Assembly: GCA_964446625.1 (NCBI GenBank)
Contig: CAYUPH010000001.1
Coordinates: forward strand, 6,283-70,282
DNA length: 64,000 nucleotides
Direction: 5' to 3'
From: an uncultured Candidatus Saccharibacteria bacterium
GTDB lineage: Bacteria > Patescibacteriota > Minisyncoccia > Phycocordibacterales > CAIRYW01
Shown: positions 1-8,564 of the stretch, piece by piece
How positions within the stretch are numbered: position 1 is the first letter of the stretch
Layout: each line of letters starts with the position of its first letter
The notes under the pieces: generated by a model
Told to the model about the DNA's origin: nothing
Database searches by the model: none
What the model saw: only the letters and a program-made list of their open reading frames with translations
Program-made: the position numbers and the translations under genes

Positions 1-1
1 G

Positions 2-535
2 GGATCACACGAGCCACTTATCACCGAGGAACTCTTCCAGAAAGTGCAGGAGCAACTGAAGCGGGACAAGATCGTGCGCGAGAACAGAGAGTTTGCCTTC
101 ACCAAGCTCTTCACCTGCGGCATGTGCGGATCAGGGATAACGGCACAGGAAAAATACAAACTGCTTAAGGACGGCACGAACGCCAAGTACGTCTACTACT
201 CCTGCTCCAAAGCGAGGGACAGAAACTGCAAAAACAAGTACATCCGCGAGGAGGAGCTTGTCGAGGAGCTGTTCAAAATCATAGACAAGCTCAACATCAA
301 TGAGCTGGGTATGCGAATGAAACTTGAAGAAGAAATCAAGCGATTCAACCGACTGCAACGACTGGCGGTCAAAGGCAAGCCAAAGATGCAAATTGACGAG
401 GATGACATCGCCACACGCGAGTATGCGAAGTACGTCCTACGAGAAGGTACTCCGCTTGAGAAGCGCGAGCTGATGGGTCACCTGAGGTCGAGACTGGTGC
501 TGAACGACAAGAAAATTACCTTCGTAGAGGAATAG
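2..535 (+). CDS. Large serine recombinase/integrase, C-terminal part (5' truncated by window)
   Basis: Frame open from base 2: GSHEPLITEELFQKVQ (end of recombinase domain), then zinc ribbon LFTCGMCG...YVYYSCSK...NCKNKYIREEEL and coiled coil. Confidence 0.88.
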   Translation, partial: GSHEPLITEELFQKVQEQLKRDKIVRENREFAFTKLFTCGMCGSGITAQEKYKLLKDGTNAKYVYYSCSKARDRNCKNKYIREEELVEELFKIIDKLNINELGMRMKLEEEIKRFNRLQRLAVKGKPKMQIDEDDIATREYAKYVLREGTPLEKRELMGHLRSRLVLNDKKITFVEE

Positions 536-579
536 GGTTTTCTGGATGAGAAGAACGAATTTGTGATAAAATCAAGATT

Positions 580-1290
580 ATGAACAAAATAAAATCCGTC
601 CAATATTTTGCTCAATTTGTATCCAAGTCATCAAAGGAGCAACTTGAGATAGTGAACGACTCGAGGAAGCAGATCGAAGAGCTTATCGGCGAGGTCAAAT
701 TCTTCCTGAGCCAGGATGAAAATCAGGTTCCTGTTGCGATCAAGGATCTTGTCAGCCGACATGTGAATGAGCTGATGTCTGAGAATCTTTTCTCAAGGGT
801 GAGTGCGCTGACCAACCTGCTCAATTCAATACAGCTGCTAGAGGTTAGCGAGCAAGCCGTTTCAGAATTTGTCGAAAGGAATCAGCCTTACATAACGGAA
901 TACCTTGAGAACCTTACGAAGGTAGAGGTTACCAAGTACGCGAAGACGAAGGCAGAGCATGACGATTTTCTCGTATCGTTGCAGAACGGTAATCACAGCC
1001 CCTCCATGGTTGATGCCATTTACGAGATGGCACTATGGAAGCCGTTCAAAGAATACGTAAAGCTGATTGAGGACTGCATCAACAAGATTGCGAAGAACGA
1101 AAAGAAGGGATTTTTCTCCGAAGATTATTCTTTCAAGCCAGACGAGATATCAAATCACAATAAATGGCTGGCGCGTGTACGCGGAACTAAAAATGGCGGC
1201 ATGTGGCTTCTGGTTTACGACATGTTGTTGTCTTTCATGATGGACGTTCATGACGGCAAGGTAAGTCGGTTCAAGGAACAGAACTCCTAG
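580..1290 (+). CDS. Hypothetical helical protein (island cargo)
   Basis: 236-aa ORF with its own extended -10 (TGaTAAAAT 564-572) and a downstream terminator; no recognised motif. Confidence 0.75.
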   Translation: MNKIKSVQYFAQFVSKSSKEQLEIVNDSRKQIEELIGEVKFFLSQDENQVPVAIKDLVSRHVNELMSENLFSRVSALTNLLNSIQLLEVSEQAVSEFVERNQPYITEYLENLTKVEVTKYAKTKAEHDDFLVSLQNGNHSPSMVDAIYEMALWKPFKEYVKLIEDCINKIAKNEKKGFFSEDYSFKPDEISNHNKWLARVRGTKNGGMWLLVYDMLLSFMMDVHDGKVSRFKEQNS

Positions 1291-1320
1291 AAAACAGCGT
1301 CCTGTACAGGACGCTGTTTT
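1291..1320. terminator. Perfect 30-bp palindrome, probable bidirectional intrinsic terminator
   Basis: AAAACAGCGTCCTGTACAGGACGCTGTTTT is its own reverse complement and follows the stop codon directly. Confidence 0.75.
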
Positions 1321-1365
1321 GCTTATCTATTAGGTCGAATTTTGATAAAATGAAGCAATCAAATC

Positions 1366-1893
1366 ATGAACATATACATTTTCGTAGGAATTGTCGTCGT
1401 CCTTTTCATCGCCCTCGCCATTCTCAAGGCGTTTGTTGAGCGTGGCGAAGAACGCGAGAAGCCGAAGTACCGCTACACCCGCAAGCAGTTCTTCCTCACC
1501 CGCGCCGAGCACGAGTGCTACGATGCGCTCATTACCGCCCTTGGCGACAAGTACCACGTCTTTGCACAGGTGCATCTCCCGACGATTCTCGACAACAAGG
1601 TGAAGGGTCAGGACTGGCGTGCCGCGCTCGCGCACATCAACCGCAAGTCCGTTGACTTCGTGCTTTGCGACAAAGCCTACATCTCACCGAAGCTCGCTAT
1701 TGAGTTAGATGACAAGAGTCACGAACGACCTGACCGACAGGAGCGTGATAGAGAGGTTGAACGTATACTTGCTGACGCTGGCGTTCCACTACTTCGCATC
1801 GAGAACAAAGGTCGTTTCGATTCTGCCGACCTTGCACAGCGCATAAACGAATATGAGCAACGAAATCAAGTCACACCTCCTGATAGGCAATAA
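1366..1893 (+). CDS. DUF2726-family protein (N-terminal TM anchor, PD-(D/E)XK-like fold)
   Basis: TM helix then FLTRAEHECY...VFAQVHL...KSVDFVLCD...AIELDDKSH...RDREVERILADAGVPLLRI. Confidence 0.85.
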   Translation: MNIYIFVGIVVVLFIALAILKAFVERGEEREKPKYRYTRKQFFLTRAEHECYDALITALGDKYHVFAQVHLPTILDNKVKGQDWRAALAHINRKSVDFVLCDKAYISPKLAIELDDKSHERPDRQERDREVERILADAGVPLLRIENKGRFDSADLAQRINEYEQRNQVTPPDRQ

Positions 1894-2443
1894 ATATCTC
1901 GGATCGCTCCTGTACTTCAAGGACGCGCAGGGACGCGGCTGTCTTAAACTCTCCTTCAAGAACAAGATAACCGACATGACGAGAGGTACGGACGTGCCGA
2001 CCATGTTGCCCGTTCCTGCCAAGCGTACCGATCCAACGACTCTCGACATCTCGTACAAGTTCCAAGACAGTTTGCTCGAAGTGAAAGAGATCGTGAACGG
2101 CAAGACGGAACGGGCATTCTACAAAGTGCCGCTACCAGTATCTGGTGTACTTTTCATGATCCGAATAAAAGACTGGCAGGCACTCGATGACGACCAGCCG
2201 AAACCGAGTCCGCTTGTACTCACACCGCCGACCAACACGAACAGCGTTGTCGTCATATTTTCCTTCCTTGGAGAGAACGGTTTGCCGTTTACAGCAGGAG
2301 GATATCAGCCAGCCGAGGGGATGGGTACGATAGACCTGCCTGAAAGCCCACTCAATACGTTCTGCATCGGACTTGCCGAGGATCCAAACAACAACAGCGG
2401 GAACGGATTCGAGTTGGTGGTTCCGTTACCAAAAGCAGACTAA
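1853..2443 (+). CDS. Hypothetical protein (island cargo)
   Basis: 196-aa ORF overlapping the DUF2726 gene, followed by a terminator; beta-rich, no recognised motif. Confidence 0.7.
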   Translation: MSNEIKSHLLIGNKYLGSLLYFKDAQGRGCLKLSFKNKITDMTRGTDVPTMLPVPAKRTDPTTLDISYKFQDSLLEVKEIVNGKTERAFYKVPLPVSGVLFMIRIKDWQALDDDQPKPSPLVLTPPTNTNSVVVIFSFLGENGLPFTAGGYQPAEGMGTIDLPESPLNTFCIGLAEDPNNNSGNGFELVVPLPKAD

Positions 2444-2450
2444 GGAGCAA

Positions 2451-2482
2451 AAGAAAAAGAGCGAACCATCGCTCTTTTTCTT
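2451..2482. terminator. Bidirectional intrinsic terminator between island cargo and tRNA-Ser
   Basis: AAGAAAAAGAGCG-aaccat-CGCTCTTTTTCTT. Confidence 0.75.
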
Positions 2483-2553
2483 ACAACTGTAGCTTTGTGG
2501 GTCGCACTGCCTCGTCAGGCATACGGGTCTACAAAACTAACAGGTTGTCAATG

Positions 2554-2640
2554 CGGAGACGGAGGGATTCGAACCCTCGAGGGTTTTAAGGCCCTACCTC
2601 GTTAGCAGTGAGGCGCTTTCGGCCACTCAGCCACGTCTCC
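2554..2640 (-). tRNA. tRNA-Ser(GCT)
   Basis: Reverse strand GGAGACG TGGCTGAGTGGCCGAAAGC GCCTCA CT GCT AA CGAGGT, long variable arm, GAGGG TTCGAAT CCCTC CGTCTCC G; CCA not encoded. Confidence 0.95.
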
Positions 2641-2814
2641 ATTCGTTTAAACATTCATTCTTCTATACTCTATTAAAGGTAAGTACCGGACTTATATTTT
2701 TCCTTTTAGAAAGCACAGAAATATCCTGAAACATAGATAGACTAACATATATTTGATATTTAGAAAACCGACTCCTCCGTGGCAGGTTTTGATCGAAAGG
2801 AGTATGATTGACCT

Positions 2815-4209
2815 ATGGATATTGGAGAAGCAAGAGAAAAAGTATTTGAGAAAAGACCCGTCTTTCGTGCCATGTATGAAAAGTATGAAAACCAAAAATG
2901 GGACGCTTATATGCGCGAAAGTTATACTCCACCTAGTGACAACTCTCCTCTCTCCCCTTCACTTCTTTTATCTGTAAGCGAAATTGTAAAAGCCACACTC
3001 GGAGAAAAAGAAGTCGCTGAAGTTCTAGAGTCTCTCAAAAAAACAAAACGAGTGGACACCGCTGACCACCATGGAATTTTATGTCACCCTTTTTTTTGGA
3101 ATGTAGATGCAGCAAAAGCAAAGCCAGAAGAAGAAGTTCCTTATGACATAATTTTCTCTGTAGGAAATGTATCACCAACAAACTCGTCTTTTCCTCGCTC
3201 GATTTTTTTTCATGACCAAAACCTGTCACTCAAAAAACTAAACTACATTCCGTGGCGTAGTCGAAGAAGCGCGCTCTACTCCCTCCCTCCTTCACTAGGT
3301 GAAAATATAGCGCAAATGAAAAGAGAAGTAGCTGACACTCCTCTTAACCAAATTGCAAAGAAAAAGCTCGCGGACTTCCTTTCTGCTTTAGAAAAAGATT
3401 CTCGAATTCAAAATGCAGAGCGTCTTTCGGACGAACTTACAATTGCAACAAGTGTTTTGTGGGACAATGTTTTTGATGGAGCACGCAAGAAGATTTGTTA
3501 TATTGAAGCAGAAGAAGTGGTGCGAAGAATCATTCTCTCCCCACTTGGCGCTCCAAAGACAAAGAAAATAATTTTTGAAGAAAACTATCGTACTCTTTTT
3601 GAAAAACACTTCGAAGGAAAAATCGGCGCATGGAGTACTAAAGAACAAAAAGGCACTTTCCTATTTTGGTACGCAGGCAAATCAGAGGGTCGCGTTCCCC
3701 TTTCTCTTAAAGACAACTTTCTAGAGAATGCGAAAGCAAATATAAAAATTGAGATAACCCCAGAAAAGCTCCTTCCGCTTATTGAAAACCGCTCACTCAT
3801 TCCTTCTATGGCACTCTGTTATAGTCTTCTTTCTTTTGAAGAAGGACTAACTCTCACAGGAGGATTTTCTCAGATTCAATACTTGGGAGATATGAAAGAT
3901 GCATGGCTTCAGATTTTTCCAGAAGACAAAGAGAGGCTTTCAAAAATCCGAACAGATATTTTTAGTGGAGAGATGTCTTTTGTTGGAATCACAAACGGAA
4001 AAGAGACAAAAAACGCTACTCTTCTCGATATGCTTATTTATAGTAAAGAGGAGAAAAGAGCGAGTAAAGTATTCCAAGACGCGCTCGAAGGCACTTCTAT
4101 AGGAGAGGCGCTTAATGCTATGATGTATGAGTTCCTCGAGATGACGCTTGGAAAGTATGAGGAACTTACTGGGATAAAAGAATTAAAAACAAAACTAGAT
4201 GTCAGATAA
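2815..4209 (+). CDS. Conserved-looking unknown enzyme, possibly a remote BshC-like/Rossmann ligase
   Basis: 464-aa soluble ORF with motif-like blocks TADHHG, NVSPTNSSFPR, GTFLFW, GGFSQIQYL; overlaps the next gene. Function is inference only. Confidence 0.8.
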   Translation: MDIGEAREKVFEKRPVFRAMYEKYENQKWDAYMRESYTPPSDNSPLSPSLLLSVSEIVKATLGEKEVAEVLESLKKTKRVDTADHHGILCHPFFWNVDAAKAKPEEEVPYDIIFSVGNVSPTNSSFPRSIFFHDQNLSLKKLNYIPWRSRRSALYSLPPSLGENIAQMKREVADTPLNQIAKKKLADFLSALEKDSRIQNAERLSDELTIATSVLWDNVFDGARKKICYIEAEEVVRRIILSPLGAPKTKKIIFEENYRTLFEKHFEGKIGAWSTKEQKGTFLFWYAGKSEGRVPLSLKDNFLENAKANIKIEITPEKLLPLIENRSLIPSMALCYSLLSFEEGLTLTGGFSQIQYLGDMKDAWLQIFPEDKERLSKIRTDIFSGEMSFVGITNGKETKNATLLDMLIYSKEEKRASKVFQDALEGTSIGEALNAMMYEFLEMTLGKYEELTGIKELKTKLDVR

Positions 4210-5383
4210 TAATACAAACCTTTCGTGTCCCCACTGTGGTAACAATCCAGTAAACCACACTCGCGCTTTTATCATGCAAACTATTGCGGTTCCCCTTACT
4301 CCCCTAAACCGCCTTGTTGGATTTTTTGACGACTCGTTTACAAAAAACGCGATACGTATAATCCTTACTCCTTATATTCACCTTTTTATGTCGACTGGAC
4401 TCCTTGGCATGAACACAGATATAAAAAAAGCTTTTACAGAAAGATCAGAAGTAATCTGGGAAGAAGCAAAAAAGAGAAATATTGAAATGGAGCAATTTGT
4501 CATTTTTGGAAAACCTGTTGAGCAGTACCGCGCAAAAATTGATGGAAAATGGCAGTACTTTGAAAGCCTCCCCACTCCTCCTTGGTATTCAAGTAGTGCA
4601 TACAACTGGATTGACGACAAAGGAATTTTAAAAAAGAAACTAGAAGGCGCTGGTGTCGCAGTACCAAAAGGAAAAAAAGTATGGACCATGTCTAGCGCTG
4701 AAAAAGTGTTCGACAACATAAGTCACCCTGTCATTGTAAAGCCAGCTCTTGGCTCAAGAGGACGTCACACAACGACACATATATATACAAAAGAGGAACT
4801 CCGTGAAGCTTACAGGATTGCCAAAAAACTTTGTGCCTTTGTTATCGTCGAAGAAATGCTTATGGGAAGTGTATACCGAGGAACATATGTCGGAGGAGAA
4901 ATTGTAGGAATTCTTCGGGGAGATCCGCCAAGAGTCACAGGAGACGGAACAAGTAAACTCAAAACTTTGATTCAAGAGAAAAATAAAAGGAAACACCCGA
5001 AAGTAAAAGATGTAGAAGTAACTCCAAAACTCATTGAGTTTATTGGGAGACAAGGCTACACCCTTGAATCAATCCTCCCTGAAGGGAAAGTTCTCGACCT
5101 TTCAGAAAAAATTGGAATTTCGTATGGAGGATTCTCAGCAGAAATGATTCATGAAACTCACCCTAAAATCTTGGAAACCCTCAAAAAGGCAGGTGACCTA
5201 CTCAAACTTCCTATCGTTGGTTTTGATTTTATAGTGGACAACCCAACAGAGGACCCAACCGGAAAATCCTGGGGAATTATTGAGGCGAATTCTCTGCCGT
5301 TTATAAACCTCCATCATTTCCCTCTTGAAGGAGAGCCTCAAAATGCAGCAGGAAAGGTCTGGGACCTTTGGAACAAAAAGTAG
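4199..5383 (+). CDS. ATP-grasp peptide ligase related to the cyanophycin synthetase N-terminal / GshF C-terminal domain
   Basis: DDKGILKKKLEGAGVAVPKG, PVIVKPALGSRGRH, PPRVTGDG, GFDFIV, WGIIEANSLPFINLHHFP; extra N-terminal CPHC. Confidence 0.85.
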   Translation: MSDNNTNLSCPHCGNNPVNHTRAFIMQTIAVPLTPLNRLVGFFDDSFTKNAIRIILTPYIHLFMSTGLLGMNTDIKKAFTERSEVIWEEAKKRNIEMEQFVIFGKPVEQYRAKIDGKWQYFESLPTPPWYSSSAYNWIDDKGILKKKLEGAGVAVPKGKKVWTMSSAEKVFDNISHPVIVKPALGSRGRHTTTHIYTKEELREAYRIAKKLCAFVIVEEMLMGSVYRGTYVGGEIVGILRGDPPRVTGDGTSKLKTLIQEKNKRKHPKVKDVEVTPKLIEFIGRQGYTLESILPEGKVLDLSEKIGISYGGFSAEMIHETHPKILETLKKAGDLLKLPIVGFDFIVDNPTEDPTGKSWGIIEANSLPFINLHHFPLEGEPQNAAGKVWDLWNKK

Positions 5384-5395
5384 AGTCTCTCTTCT

Positions 5396-5431
5396 GCCCC
5401 GCGGCGCTTTGCGCCGCGGGGCTTTCCTTTT
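5396..5431 (+). terminator. Intrinsic terminator
   Basis: GCCCCGCGGCGC-ttt-GCGCCGCGGGGC followed by TTTCCTTTT. Confidence 0.75.
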
Positions 5432-5462
5432 CTAATAGAGTGGAGTCATTTATAATAGAACC

Positions 5463-5849
5463 ATGAATAATACAACAAAAAACATAGTTTTTATCGTCGT
5501 TGCTTTAGTAATAATTTTAGTAGCAGTTTTTAGTCTTCAAAAAGCGGGAGGGCCCGATCCAAAAATGGATGAATTCGCATCTTGTCTCAAAGACAAAGGG
5601 GCTACTTTCTATGGCGCATTTTGGTGTCCGCACTGTAAAGAACAAAAAAGAGTGCTCGGTAACTCAAAAAATATCCCTTATGTAGAATGTTCAACACCAG
5701 ACGGACAGAGTATGACACCGGTATGTAAAGAAAAAGGAATTGAGAGTTTCCCAACTTGGGTATTTGCAGATGGAACGAGTGTAACAGGAGAAACCCCTCT
5801 TACCGACCTTGCAAGCAAAACAGGCTGTACCCTACCAACCACAAACTAA
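5463..5849 (+). CDS. Membrane-anchored thioredoxin-fold oxidoreductase (DsbA-role, VKOR-associated Trx type)
   Basis: N-terminal TM, FYGAFWCPHCKEQK, YVECS, GIESFPTW (cis-Pro loop). Confidence 0.88.
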   Translation: MNNTTKNIVFIVVALVIILVAVFSLQKAGGPDPKMDEFASCLKDKGATFYGAFWCPHCKEQKRVLGNSKNIPYVECSTPDGQSMTPVCKEKGIESFPTWVFADGTSVTGETPLTDLASKTGCTLPTTN

Positions 5850-6388
5850 TGACAGCAGACTTTGTAAACAAAGCTATTGCACTTGGAACAATTGTAGGAC
5901 TTCTTGGTTTTGTGTTTGGACTTTTCTTTCTTTTTCAAAAAGGGAAAGTAGTCTCTTCTGACCTCGCAAAAAAATCTCTTCTTGCTTCTTTTCTGCTTTC
6001 TCTTATTGCAACCCTCGGAAGCCTTTACTACTCTGAAATCGTACACTTTCCTCCTTGCAAATTTTGCTGGCTTCAAAGAATTTTCCTTTTTCCACAAGTA
6101 ATACTTCTTGGAATCGCTTACTACAAGAAAGATTTTGGAATTGCTGTGTACTCTCTTGCTCTATCTACTATTGGCGCAGTCTTAGCGCTCAACCATTCTT
6201 TTCTTCAGCAGTTTAACTTTTCTGTTCTTCCTTGCTCTGCAAGCGGAGGGGTGTCATGTGAAAAAGTTCTTGTATCAGAATTTGGTTTTGTCACAATCCC
6301 TGTCATGAGCCTCACTGTTTTTCTTCTACTTATTCTTGGAATGCTATATGTCAGACGATACCAAAAACAAGAATCTCACTCCCTCTAG
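5849..6388 (+). CDS. dsbB: Disulfide bond formation protein B (DsbB/BdbC family)
   Basis: GSLYYSE...PPCKFCWLQRIFLFP, second Cys pair PCSASGGVSC, FGFVTIPVMS; ATG overlaps upstream TAA. Confidence 0.9.
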   Translation: MTADFVNKAIALGTIVGLLGFVFGLFFLFQKGKVVSSDLAKKSLLASFLLSLIATLGSLYYSEIVHFPPCKFCWLQRIFLFPQVILLGIAYYKKDFGIAVYSLALSTIGAVLALNHSFLQQFNFSVLPCSASGGVSCEKVLVSEFGFVTIPVMSLTVFLLLILGMLYVRRYQKQESHSL

Positions 6389-8525
6389 TCCACTGTCGAA
6401 TATTACCCGTCTTTCTACGGAGCATAGCGCGTCCTTAAAAAGACTTGGTATCCAGACTCTTGAAGACCTGCTGTACCATTTTCCTTTTCGCTATGGCGAT
6501 AGTGCCAAATCTACAAAGATTTCTCTTCTTCGTGAAGGAGAAGAAGCTGTTCTATTTGGAAGAATATCAAAATTAGAAACAGGAAAAACCTGGCGCGGAA
6601 AAATGCCAATCTCTCGTGCGGTTTTAGAAGACGATACAGGCAAAGTAAAAGCAATCTGGTTTAATCAACCGTACCTTGCAAAAATGCTCAAAGAGGACTC
6701 TCTTGTAAAACTTGAGGGTGTGCCGGCGCTTCACGCCGGCGAATTCTCTTTTGCAAACCCTCGGATTGAACCGATTTCTAAGATTCCAGACGTTGTTGGA
6801 GAATCTCTCTTTGGCACTTCAGGTGAGTCTCTTGCCCTCTACCCTGTCTATCCTGAAACTAGAGGAGTAACATCCAATTGGATTTACCATACGGTTCAAA
6901 AAATTTTTAGTAGTGGCGTACTCGAAAAGCTTGAAGATCCAATTCCTGAGGACATACGCTCAAAATATAGCTTACCTACACTTCGCAGTGCTCTCATTTG
7001 GATACACACACCAAAAACAAAAAATGATGCCGATGCTGCCCGAAAACGCTTTGCGTTTGAAGAAATATTTTTCCTACAAATTCAAAAACAAAGAGAACGA
7101 AAAGAAAACAAAAAACTTCACGCTCTCACCTTAGAACACACAAAGAAAGACATAAAAGAATTCCTAAAGCGTTTCTCTTTTCCTCCAACAAAGTGCCAAG
7201 AAAAATCTATCGCAGAAATTCTTTCAGATTTTTCTTCTGACTCACCTATGGCTCGCCTCCTCCACGGGGACGTAGGAAGTGGTAAAACCTTAGTTGCTGC
7301 AACAACAGCCTACGCCGTAACCCAAAACACGCCCGAAGGCAGAGAGTTTGGAAACCTGCAAGTTGCCCTTATGGCACCAACGGAAATCCTTGCTCGCCAA
7401 CACTTTGATTCATTTGTAGAACTGTTTCGAGGACTTAACCTCCCAATCGCACTCCTCACAGGTGACAAGTGCAAAAAGTTTCCATCGAAGGTGGACCCTT
7501 TAGGCTCTACCGAAATCTCTAAATCTCAGCTTCTTAAGTGGGTAGAAAAAGGAGAAATTCCAATCCTTATCGGAACACATGCCCTCATTCAAAAAAAAGT
7601 GAAGTTTAAGAATCTTGCCTATGTCATTATCGACGAGCAGCACCGTTTTGGAACAAAACAAAGAAAAGAACTCGCACGAAAAGATGGGATTGTCCCTCAT
7701 CTCCTTTCTATGTCTGCAACTCCAATTCCTCGAACACTTGCCCTTACAATCTACGGAGACTTAGACATTTCTGTTCTGGATGAAATGCCACCAGGACGAA
7801 AGCCTATCACAACTCAAATTGTTATCCCTGAAAAAAGAGATAGCGTCTATGATTTTATGAAGACAAAGTTTAAAGAAGGAAGACAAGCATATGTGATCTG
7901 TCCTCGAATCAACGAACCTGACCCTCTAAAAGAAAAAGCGTTAAACACAAAGTCTGTCAAAGAAGAAGCTGCGAGACTAAAAGCAAAAGTATTTAAAGGA
8001 GAAACAATAGATATTCTCCACAGTAATCTTTCAGCAAAAGAAAAAGAGAGTGTTATGCAAAAATTTGCGAGCGGAAAAACCCGAATCCTTGTTGCAACTT
8101 CTGTTGTTGAGGTAGGAGTAAATGTACCGAACGCAACAATCATACTCATAGAAGGAGCAGAGAGGTTTGGTCTAGCCCAGCTTCACCAACTTCGTGGACG
8201 AGTGCTTCGTGGAAACTACTCCCCTTATTGTTTTGTATTTGCAGATACCAAAACAGAAAAAACAATCGAAAGGCTCAAAGCATTTGAAAACACTAGCGAT
8301 GGATTTAAGCTCGCTGAGCTCGATTTAAAACTGAGAGGTTCAGGAGAAATAGCAGGAGGAAAGCAATGGGGTGTGAGCGACCTAGGCATGGAAGCAATCA
8401 AAAACATCAAACTCGTAGAGGCAGCGCGTGAAGAAGCAAAAAAGATTGTTGCAGAAAATGAAGACGAGAAAAACAAACTTCTTAGGGAAGAAATTCAAAG
8501 AAGATCACAAATCCACACAGAATAA
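6348..8525 (+). CDS. recG: ATP-dependent DNA helicase RecG
   Basis: Wedge domain (DLLYHFPFRY, WFNQPYL), RLLHGDVGSGKT, DEQHRFG, MSATPIPRTL, AERFGLAQLHQLRGRV. Confidence 0.97.
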   Translation: MSDDTKNKNLTPSSPLSNITRLSTEHSASLKRLGIQTLEDLLYHFPFRYGDSAKSTKISLLREGEEAVLFGRISKLETGKTWRGKMPISRAVLEDDTGKVKAIWFNQPYLAKMLKEDSLVKLEGVPALHAGEFSFANPRIEPISKIPDVVGESLFGTSGESLALYPVYPETRGVTSNWIYHTVQKIFSSGVLEKLEDPIPEDIRSKYSLPTLRSALIWIHTPKTKNDADAARKRFAFEEIFFLQIQKQRERKENKKLHALTLEHTKKDIKEFLKRFSFPPTKCQEKSIAEILSDFSSDSPMARLLHGDVGSGKTLVAATTAYAVTQNTPEGREFGNLQVALMAPTEILARQHFDSFVELFRGLNLPIALLTGDKCKKFPSKVDPLGSTEISKSQLLKWVEKGEIPILIGTHALIQKKVKFKNLAYVIIDEQHRFGTKQRKELARKDGIVPHLLSMSATPIPRTLALTIYGDLDISVLDEMPPGRKPITTQIVIPEKRDSVYDFMKTKFKEGRQAYVICPRINEPDPLKEKALNTKSVKEEAARLKAKVFKGETIDILHSNLSAKEKESVMQKFASGKTRILVATSVVEVGVNVPNATIILIEGAERFGLAQLHQLRGRVLRGNYSPYCFVFADTKTEKTIERLKAFENTSDGFKLAELDLKLRGSGEIAGGKQWGVSDLGMEAIKNIKLVEAAREEAKKIVAENEDEKNKLLREEIQRRSQIHTE

Positions 8526-8553
8526 AAAACTCCGCACTAGGCGGAGTTTTTTT
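8524..8553. terminator. Bidirectional terminator
   Basis: AAAAAACTCCGC-actag-GCGGAGTTTTTT between convergent genes. Confidence 0.8.
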
Positions 8554-8564
8554 GGAAGTAAGTT

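Larger units (their letters stand above)
1..2553. mobile_element. Right-hand end of a putative integrative island adjoining the 3' end of tRNA-Ser (left end outside window)
   Basis: Contains a large serine recombinase and orphan cargo. Visibly more GC-rich, with GC-ending codons, than the sequence after 2640. The boundary coincides with the tRNA 3' end. Confidence 0.6.

Noticed and set aside
1291-1320. Perfect palindrome as recombination site or assembly artefact
   Set aside because: Its position right after a stop codon and its A/T tails are fully explained by a terminator.
2481-2550. Integron attC site
   Set aside because: It has AAC...GTT ends but fits RYYYAAC/GTTRRRY poorly. It is a single copy, and no IntI tyrosine integrase is visible.
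4199-5383. Full cyanophycin synthetase CphA or glutathione synthetase GshF
   Set aside because: Only 394 aa; the Mur-ligase and GshA domains are missing, and no cyanophycinase is adjacent.
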